In this document: piece after piece, positions 61,590-64,000 of the stretch
Layout: the number at the start of each line of letters is the position of its first letter
How positions within the stretch are numbered: the stretch's first letter is position 1
Source: the human T2T-CHM13v2.0 reference genome, Homo sapiens
Reading direction: 5' to 3' (one strand)
DNA: 64,000 bases
Assembly (NCBI RefSeq): GCF_009914755.1
Contig: NC_060945.1
The notes under the pieces: generated by a model
Seen by the model: the letters and a program-made list of their open reading frames with translations, nothing else
What the model was told of the DNA's origin: nothing
The model's database searches: none
Made by a program: the position numbers and the translations under genes

Positions 61590-63450
61590 CCTACATCAGA
61601 AATCTATATTAATGCAATTTATCATATTCATTGATTAAAGAAGACACACCTTACAATTATCTCAATTAATGCAGGAAAAAGCATTCACTAAAATTCAGCC
61701 TGCACCTGTGACTTTAAAAATTAACAACTAGGAAACTTCCTTAACTCAACAAAGAGAATCTACCAAAATACCTACCAGGAACATCATATTAATGATATAA
61801 TATTGAAAGCATTTTCTTTAAAGCCTGGAATTAAACAAAAATGCCCTCTCTTCACTGCTTCCATTTAACAGTATACTACAGAGCCTAACCAGTGTAGAAA
61901 GTCAGTGTAGTAAGTAAATCTTTAGAATAACTCCTTAATCTAATGAGAGATTTTAGGAAGATTTCTAGATGCAGGCTCAACATAAACAAAAATTAATAGC
62001 TAAATCAAGGATGCAGGTTGAAATCTTTACAGTAATTACTAAAAACATAGAAAAACAGTATATGACTTCCAAGGTAATGACAGACGGTGAGAAGGAAAGA
62101 ATTATATTATTAAAATTCAATCAAATGAAAACAGAATGTCAGTAGGAAAACAGAAGAGTTAAATAGATGTACATAGAACACTGTTCTCAACAATGCATAA
62201 TACATGTTCTTTTCAAATGTACAGAAAACATTTGACAATATCGACCAAATTCTGGGCCATTAAGCAAGTCTAAACAAATTTCAAAGAACTAAAAAAGAAA
62301 AAAATACATAGTATGTTCTGTGTCCACCACACAATATAATCAGAAATCAAAAATTTAAAGATAAATACAAAATTCTCATATGTTTGGAAATAAGGAAGTA
62401 TATTTCTACATAACTCATGGGTCAAAAAAAAAAACAAGCACAAAGTTGGAACATAGTTTGAACTGAGTAAAATAAAAACACTAAAAATAAAAATTTATGG
62501 GACGAAACTAAAGCAATTCTTAGAGGAAAACTTGTAGCCTTAAATGGTAAATAGAAAAGATAGTGGTTGACACTCTAAGAATTATCCATGTCAAGAAGTC
62601 AGGAAAAGAACAAATTAACCCAAGGAGTACAGAAGAAAGTACTAAATATAATAGTAATTGATGAAATAAAAAATAAGTAAAAAATAGAGACCACAAATAG
62701 GCCAAAAACTTGGTTCTTTTAAAAGACTAGTAAAATTGATAAATCCGTGGTAAGACTACTCAGAAGAAAAAAGGGGAGAAGGCACCAAGAAAGCAATGTC
62801 AGGAATAAAAAAGGGAACATCTCTGCAGACACTAAAATGGTAAAATGATATTGTGAACAATTTGATGTCAAGACAATTTGCAAAGTTAGATTAAATGGAC
62901 AAATGCTGGGAAAACTATAATCTACCAAAATGGGCAAAAGAAATAAAATTATAAAAACATTCTATATAGGGAATTGAGCCATAATTTAAAGACTTCTCTC
63001 CAGAGAAAACTCTAGGCCAATGTGCGTTCACTGGTGAATTTCACTTTACACTTAAGAAGGAAAAAAATCAGCATGCATAAATTTACCCAGAGAATAAAAA
63101 CAGAGAAAATGAAATTTAACTCATTTTACGAAGCCAAGATTTGAAAAAACTATGAGAAAGGAAAATTATAACCAATTGCCCAGAAGACATGAATTTGAAA
63201 ATCCTAAACAAAATATTAACGGACAGAATCCGGCAATTTAATAATAAAATAATTTAATAAGTATTTAACAAAATAATACAGCACAACTAAATTACATTTA
63301 TTCCAGAAACATGTTGGTTTACCACTTAATCAATGCAATTAACCACATTTATTTATAGGATAAAGTAGAAAAATTATCATCTCAAAGATTCAGAAAAATC
63401 TTTAAGAATTCAACATCCATTCATGATTTAAAAAAAAAAACTCTTAGCAA
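61590..63450 (+). mobile_element. Old L1M ORF2 fragments
   Basis: A-rich degenerate ORF2 motifs (atctcaattaatgcaggaaaaagcatt; ttcactggtgaattt; aaaatcctaaacaaaatatta). Confidence 0.7.
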
Positions 63451-63461
63451 GCTAAACGAAT

Positions 63462-63787
63462 TTCTTTTTTCTTTCTTTCTTTTTTTTTTTTTTTGTTTCA
63501 TTTTTTGAGACAGAGTCTTACTCTGTCATCCAGGTTGGAGAGCAGTGGTGCGATCTTGGCTCACTGGAACCTCTGCCTCCTGGTTTCAAGTGATTCTCGT
63601 GCCTCAGCCGGAGTAGCTGGCATTACAGGCATGTGCCACCGCACCTCGCAAATTTTTGTATTTTTTAGTAGAGACAGGGTTTCACCATGTTGCCTAGGCT
63701 GGTCTTAAACTCCTGGCCTCAAGTGATCTGCCCCCACTGGGCCTCCCAAAGTGCTGGGATTACAGGTGTAAGCCAAGGCGCCCAGCC
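63462..63787 (-). mobile_element. Alu
   Basis: Antisense Alu; TSD aacgaatttctt / aaggaatttctt. Confidence 0.95.
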
Positions 63788-63818
63788 AAGGAATTTCTTA
63801 ATCGATAAATGGTCACTA

Positions 63819-63821
<3 letters not shown>

Positions 63822-63856
<35 letters not shown>
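63822..63856. repeat. (CA)n microsatellite
   Basis: Visible directly. Confidence 0.9.
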
Positions 63857-63858
<2 letters not shown>

Positions 63859-64000
63859 GTAAAGCATTTGGAGAGATGTTGAAAGCTTTTCCTTTGATAA
63901 TGGAACTGTATGTTGATGGCTGCTATGGCCACTTCTAATTCTACACTGTACTGAATGTTCTAGCCAGTGCTAGGGGAGATGAATGACTGAAATGGAAAAA

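Overview
Primate (very likely human) pericentromeric segmental-duplication mosaic. There are no prokaryotic features. Layout from left to right: (1) ~1-21037, an immunoglobulin heavy-chain V-region-like duplicon with a clan II IGHV pseudogene (leader, intron, V-exon, broken 23-RSS), MER4A and MER39-like LTRs, Alus and a full-length but dead L1PA on the minus strand. (2) Two same-orientation GC-rich CAAAAAG/GCTTTTTGC arrays (21038-21414, 31845-32072) enclosing ~10.4 kb of old repeats. (3) ~3 kb I cannot assign. (4) An unprocessed SLC25A15 pseudogene fragment (last two coding exons, + strand). (5) Tail-to-tail with it, the last seven coding exons of TPTE (- strand), all GT-AG and in one open frame, covering the end of the phosphatase domain and the C2 domain. 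This gene order fits my recollection of human 21p11; that placement is unverified and a paralogous acrocentric copy cannot be excluded. I cannot support a new biological system here. The best leads are a TTAA-centred palindromic MER85 end resembling a piggyBac hairpin footprint, the CAAAAAG-bounded cassette at the duplicon junctions, an extended L1 ORF0 reading out of the element, and an unexplained 43-bp inverted repeat. Repeat subfamily names and residue numbers come from memory of consensus sequences, and repeat boundaries are approximate.
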